Assembly: GCA_030167865.1 (NCBI GenBank)
Contig: JALAGF010000951.1
Location: forward strand, 1-61,021
Direction of reading: 5' to 3'
DNA from: Craspedostauros australis
Lineage: Eukaryota
DNA length: 61,021 bases
The number at the start of each line of letters is the position of its first letter. Position 1 is the first letter of the stretch. Below, piece by piece: positions 56,152 to 61,021 of the stretch. The position numbers and the translations under genes were made by a program. Below the pieces are notes generated by a model. The model saw nothing but the letters and a program-made list of their open reading frames with translations. It did not search any database and was not told the DNA's origin.

Positions 56152-57315
56152 ATGCAGCGCATCGAATTCATCGCAGCAGCCGTCCTGGCCTTGATGGCCA
56201 CACCATCCGGCAAAGCCTTCCATCTGCCATCCCCGGTCATTCGCAACCGAAGCATCGCGAAGCATGGCGACGATGTGCGCGCCTTCGCAATGGAAGCGCC
56301 GCACAACCATGAGACGCCCGCTCCGGAGCCGCAGGGAGCAGGCTGGTCCATCGAGGAGGAGTGGGCCCTGCTGGATCAACTGCCCAAGTTCACCGTCGGA
56401 GAAGGCGGTAACGCTCGCACCTTCTGGGCGCAGCTGCAGCTGGCAACCCCGCTCCTGTCCAATCGCGACGAGGCCGAACTGCTGCAGCATTGTGCGGCAG
56501 CTCGAAGCGGCGAGTCCACGCAGACCATGGTGTTCGGACCATCGCCGCCGATGCTGAATCACTGGACGGTCGCGGCCGATGGGCGCATCTCCGGACAAAC
56601 GGAAGAGGGCAGGTCGGTGTGGATGACGACGCACGTGATCGGGCGGTTGCAGGGTGACCCTCTCGTGGATTCTTCGTCCGTGGGTTCCGGCGCAGTTTGC
56701 CAGATGATGCCTGGTGGATACATCGAGGCCGTCGGCGGTCGCGTGTACGAGCTGGGCCATCCGCTCAAGGTCAGCATCCAATCCAACATGAATGGGGATG
56801 CTTCGCCGCAGGATACGGCAAGGCGCACTGCGCTCGCCCATGGTTCCAATTTCTGGGGCAATGCGCACAATTCGGCAGATGGAGTGAACGATGGTTTTGG
56901 CACCAGCCGCAACAAGACGCCTTGGTGGTTGCCCGCAACGACCGCCACGATCGCATCGATGGTATCCGTCTCCGTCCTATCTGCCTGCATCGGATACGGC
57001 GCGGGCTTGTCGATCCTATCGGATGGCAGCCACACCGAATCTTCCATGACGCAAGTCTCGGCAGCGCACATCACACCAGTCTCCATAACGACGGCGACCT
57101 CCATGTCGGCATCGAGCATCAGGACAACATCAGACAACAAAATCGAACCATCCATCTCCGAACAGCGCGCACGCACGGAGGCTCGTGTGCTGCGTGAGGA
57201 ACGCGTGATGCAAGTCATCAGCGGGAAATTGGAGCAGGACATGTCGCAGCTTGTCAAGTTGCGGCAGCTCGAGCATCAGCAATTCCTGCAAATGCAGTGG
57301 AGCGACGAAATATGA
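56152..57315 (+). CDS. Hypothetical protein (387 aa), probably plastid-targeted, with a C-terminal TM and coiled coil
   Basis: Signal peptide ends GKA|FHLP. Contains WSIEEEWALLDQLPKFTVG...TFW.QL, GGYIEAVGGRVYELG, a hydrophobic segment and a heptad-like tail. Confidence 0.8.
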   Translation: MQRIEFIAAAVLALMATPSGKAFHLPSPVIRNRSIAKHGDDVRAFAMEAPHNHETPAPEPQGAGWSIEEEWALLDQLPKFTVGEGGNARTFWAQLQLATPLLSNRDEAELLQHCAAARSGESTQTMVFGPSPPMLNHWTVAADGRISGQTEEGRSVWMTTHVIGRLQGDPLVDSSSVGSGAVCQMMPGGYIEAVGGRVYELGHPLKVSIQSNMNGDASPQDTARRTALAHGSNFWGNAHNSADGVNDGFGTSRNKTPWWLPATTATIASMVSVSVLSACIGYGAGLSILSDGSHTESSMTQVSAAHITPVSITTATSMSASSIRTTSDNKIEPSISEQRARTEARVLREERVMQVISGKLEQDMSQLVKLRQLEHQQFLQMQWSDEI

Positions 57316-57865
57316 ATGCAACTTGGATTTCGGCGTGCAGGAGCAGCGTGCAGACAGAGGTACGCAAAAGATGGGTAGGTACATCGACCATCGTGTTAGA
57401 TTACATAATATTATATAATACATGAACACTTTAGAATAGGAAGGATACTGTATACAGCGGGAACATTGTATTGGGGACCCTCCAGAAAAGTATGGTGCAC
57501 ATGCTCCGTCATGCAAAGACGACACAGTAGATTGCCAGCGTTATCAGAATTCGATGTTGGTCGTGGATACGGGATGATGGGTGGTCTGTCATTCGTCAGT
57601 CTCAGAGAATGATGTTGAACCACCAACGCATCAACACATCACTTCTTTTCCGAATTTGTTTCTGCCAGAAGCTGAGAATACAAGGCACATCATTGTTGTG
57701 GTCGCAGGTCATACCCTTGCAGAGGACATCATGGATCGAGGTCTGCCTACTTGGACATCACTCGGCCATCGTCGGACTTGCGCAATTGATCCAGGCAAAC
57801 AGAGTGGCAACCATCTCGCAGCAGACGCCTTCGGGAGCCAATCCCAGCGTGCCAATAGACTACCG

Positions 57866-59764
57866 ATGACCCCGACAATCAGACCAGCGCTGCGACCAGA
57901 CTTGAGGCGGCGAACACGCACGTCTCGACCCATTGCGCTGGTTCCTGTCGCGGCTGCGTTGCTGCTTTGCGTTCATGCAAGCAGCAGGGTGTCGGCCTTC
58001 ATGGTCCACTCGCAGTCCTGCCGCGCACAGCCACGATATGCGCAGGCCCATGATGACTCCATCGATGCCGTGGCGCAGCAATTCCAAGACATGTCGGTGG
58101 CAGATATCCAGCAGACGCTCGTTCAGAAAGGTCTGCAATTCGCCGACGACCCATGCGATCAGCCGTTGCAGAAGGTTCCGGGCTGCGTCGCCGACGTCCG
58201 CGTGCGCGCGATCGCCACGGGGCAGACCATCGCAGTCACAGGCACGGCCGATGCTTTGATCAGCCGCGGATTGTTGGCCGTCGTGGCGCGGTGGATGGAG
58301 ATGACCACGTTGTCGCAGATACTTGCGCAGGATGCTGCCACGTTGGCGCAGCAGTTGGGAATCTCCGCGGCGCTGTCGCCGGGACGCAACGATGGCATTG
58401 CGAGTATGGTGCGCGTTCTGCAGGATCAGATACGGCAAGACGCGGTGGCGCCGTTGCATGATGCCGCGAATCCAGCCGAAAGGAGCGAGGCAACGAGCGA
58501 CAGGCCCAAGGTGGCGCTGCTGTTATCCGGCGGTGTCGATTCCTCCGTCGCGTTGCGGTTGCTGCTACGAGACGGATACGACGTCACGCCGTTCTATCTC
58601 AAGATTTGGTTGGAGGACGAGTTGGCGCATCTCGGTGAATGTCCTTGGGAGGAGGATGTCAAGGTGTGTCACGCCGTGTGCGGGCAGGCTGGCATCGGGC
58701 TCGTCACGCTGTCGCTGCAGGCCGAGTACAAGAAGCGCGTCATGGACCACACCATCCAAGAGGCAGCGCAGGGGCGCACGCCCAATCCCGATATCCTGTG
58801 CAATTCGCGTGTCAAGTTTGGTTGCTTCCTCGAAACGCTGACGCAGAATCCGGACGTCTACGGCTCCTTCGATTACATCGCCAGCGGCCACTATGCGCAG
58901 CTGCAGCACGATGCGACGACGGGCACGCAGCAGCTGTTCCGTGCGCCGGATCCGGTCAAGGATCAATCCTACTTCCTGTGCACGTTGCGGCAGGACCAGC
59001 TCGCCAAAGTCAAATTCCCCATAGGCCATCTCGAGAAATCCAAGGTCCGCGAACTCGCTGACGAATTCGAACTGCCCAACCGCCACAGACCGGACTCGCA
59101 AGGACTCTGCTTTCTGGGCAAGCTCAAATTCAGCGACTTCCTCGAGGCCAATTTGGGAGTCCAGCCTGGATTGATCCTTGATGCCTTCACCAACGAGACC
59201 ATCGGACAGCACAACGGCGTCTGGTATCACACCGTCGGACAGCGCAAGGGGATTGGCAATTCGTTGCATCCCTTGGCAACATCACGCGGTCCATGGTACG
59301 TCGTCGCCAAGGACCCTAAGCACAACATCGTCTACGCCAGCAATCAGTACGACGAAGAGGCATTCACGCAAGCGCGGTCCAAGTTCCAGGTCGAAGACGT
59401 GCATTGGATCGACGGTGGTCCACCGCAACAGCATCGGATACATCCAGCCGAGAATGACACGAGCAGTGGCGATGCTGACAACTTCATAACGAGTACAACC
59501 GTTGAGCCATCAACGTATCGATTCGCCATGAAGATTCGCCATGGCCCCCGCTTGGTCAGTGGGTCCGTGCAGTGGGATGCATTTCAAGATACCGCAACGA
59601 TCGAACTGGATCACAAGGACGGTGGCTTGGCACCGGGACAGTACGTCGTCTTTTACGATCCCGAAACAGCGCAGTGTTTCGGCAGCGGCATCATCAGCGA
59701 ACGCCATTGGGCGCGGTTCTTGCAAACATTCCAGCAGCGCGACGAAGAAGCGGTTCCTCAGTGA
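57866..59764 (+). CDS. mnmA: SufE-MnmA fusion: sulfur-acceptor domain plus tRNA-specific 2-thiouridylase, probably organelle-targeted (about 632 aa; start may be 57731)
   Basis: SufE motifs KVPGCVADV, GTADALISRGLLAV and LGISAALSPGRNDG. MnmA motifs LSGGVDSSV, TPNPDILCN, SGHYA, KDQSYFL, DSQGLCF, TVGQRKG, KIRH and APGQYVVFY. Single uninterrupted ORF. Confidence 0.93.
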   Translation: MTPTIRPALRPDLRRRTRTSRPIALVPVAAALLLCVHASSRVSAFMVHSQSCRAQPRYAQAHDDSIDAVAQQFQDMSVADIQQTLVQKGLQFADDPCDQPLQKVPGCVADVRVRAIATGQTIAVTGTADALISRGLLAVVARWMEMTTLSQILAQDAATLAQQLGISAALSPGRNDGIASMVRVLQDQIRQDAVAPLHDAANPAERSEATSDRPKVALLLSGGVDSSVALRLLLRDGYDVTPFYLKIWLEDELAHLGECPWEEDVKVCHAVCGQAGIGLVTLSLQAEYKKRVMDHTIQEAAQGRTPNPDILCNSRVKFGCFLETLTQNPDVYGSFDYIASGHYAQLQHDATTGTQQLFRAPDPVKDQSYFLCTLRQDQLAKVKFPIGHLEKSKVRELADEFELPNRHRPDSQGLCFLGKLKFSDFLEANLGVQPGLILDAFTNETIGQHNGVWYHTVGQRKGIGNSLHPLATSRGPWYVVAKDPKHNIVYASNQYDEEAFTQARSKFQVEDVHWIDGGPPQQHRIHPAENDTSSGDADNFITSTTVEPSTYRFAMKIRHGPRLVSGSVQWDAFQDTATIELDHKDGGLAPGQYVVFYDPETAQCFGSGIISERHWARFLQTFQQRDEEAVPQ

Positions 59765-60214
59765 GCGGTGGTTGGATGCCACTGGAGCACCATGCAGTAT
59801 TGTAGTCAATGCGTAGGATAGTGGCGGCGGTAGATGGCATCACTAGTTATGTGGTAGAATACGGTTACTCTTCACCAACACAGCAAGGCTTTGGCTGGTT
59901 CAGTTTCGAGTGATCGGTGGCGCGGTCGACGATGGACGCAACTTCCAATTTCTGGTCGGATACAGTTACAAACTGATGCACTGCATTTCCCGCCAGCGGG
60001 ACGATACCACACTGCACTGCGCCGCACTGCACAGAACTCGCCAGCCTACTTGTACCATACATTTCGTTTGAGCAAAACGGAACGACTACAGTCATTCAAT
60101 GTAGAGTAATGCTAGCTTTATACTCCAAGAAACACCACCGTTCCCTGGCTCGAAGTTGGATCATACGTACTCGTACTGGTGTCAGTACGGATACGGCGCC
60201 TACATGCTGGCTCT

Positions 60215-61021
60215 TCATGGATTGATCCTCTTGACACGCAGCTTGGTTCCGATGTACTTGAATGTCATGAAGTACGAAAGCTCGCCTTCCTCCACAACCT
60301 CGAACTCGTACTTTGACAGCACCTTCGGCATCACGGAGTACATCTCCGCCTTGGCCAAAGTCTGGCCGACGCAGTTGCGGTTGCCATGAGCGAACGTCAT
60401 CATGCTCTTCAGCATGTCGTTCGTCGCGGTCTCCCAGCGCTTCGGGCTGAACTCGTCAGGGTTTTCGAACACGTGCTCACTGCGATGCGGCAGCATGTGC
60501 GGGAGGAACACGTTGGAGCCGCTTGGAAGCTCCACCTTCGTGTTGCTGGTCTCATCGAGGAGGACGAAGTCGCGGTTGAGCTTCCGGCCCGATCCCAACG
60601 CGATGACGGGGGCAATTCGGTTGGACTCCGTGATGACGTGTCTCATGCTCTCCTTGGCCGCCTCAGCATCATCGCCGAGCAACGATTTCTGCAGGTGCGT
60701 CATCGTCTCGGGATGCTTGGCCAACAACGTCACCGTGCTGGCCATGGTGTAACCCGTGGTATCGAAACCGCCAATGAGGAAGAGGACGACGTCGGAGATC
60801 TTCTCGAGCTCAGTGCGGTAGTGCGGATTGCTGTCGATGAGCTTGATGGCGGTATTGTTGGTGGACTTGTTGGGGTTGTTCTGGTAGGCTCGCAGGATCT
60901 TCCTGCCAAATTCGGTGACGGCGTCTCCACATCGGCGGGCCTCGCGCACGGAGGGGATGAATGCTCCAAAGATCTTGCGCAGTGGGCTGAGGGACTGAGT
61001 GTAGGCGTACTCGCGGTACGC
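60215..61021 (-). CDS. Cytochrome P450, C-terminal part (5' end outside the window)
   Basis: I-helix GGFDTT, K-helix ESNR (ExxR), PERF-like FSPKRW and heme motif FAHGNRNCVG. Frame is open to the window edge. Confidence 0.95.
   Translation of the reverse strand, partial: AYREYAYTQSLSPLRKIFGAFIPSVREARRCGDAVTEFGRKILRAYQNNPNKSTNNTAIKLIDSNPHYRTELEKISDVVLFLIGGFDTTGYTMASTVTLLAKHPETMTHLQKSLLGDDAEAAKESMRHVITESNRIAPVIALGSGRKLNRDFVLLDETSNTKVELPSGSNVFLPHMLPHRSEHVFENPDEFSPKRWETATNDMLKSMMTFAHGNRNCVGQTLAKAEMYSVMPKVLSKYEFEVVEEGELSYFMTFKYIGTKLRVKRINP

Noticed and set aside
1-61021. tRNA or rRNA genes
   Set aside because: None was recognised by eye. tRNAscan-SE or Infernal would be needed to exclude them.

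Overview
Eukaryotic nuclear DNA, most likely from a pennate diatom. This is inferred from short GT-AG introns, bipartite plastid presequences with ASAFAP-like cleavage sites, RXL/LRG-type secreted proteins and diatom-like orphan genes. The window holds about 27 protein-coding genes. They include a tandem pair of ankyrin genes, an HSF transcription factor, the ribonucleotide reductase small subunit, three SGNH/GDSL paralogues, a mucin-like secreted glycoprotein, a DOT1-like methyltransferase, an atypical SDR, an AASDH-like NRPS (A-PCP-PQQ), an MBOAT protein, a GT7-GT61 fusion, an ArfGAP and a partial P450. Mobile DNA consists of a partial Harbinger-type transposase at the left edge and a decayed 3.07-kb TIR element (26048-29119) carrying a nested 5'-truncated LINE with a 16-bp target-site duplication. 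The most notable finding is one intronless ORF that fuses a probable plastid presequence, a SufE sulfur-carrier domain and a complete MnmA tRNA 2-thiouridylase, which suggests a built-in sulfur relay. All calls come from reading motifs by eye; no database searches were run.
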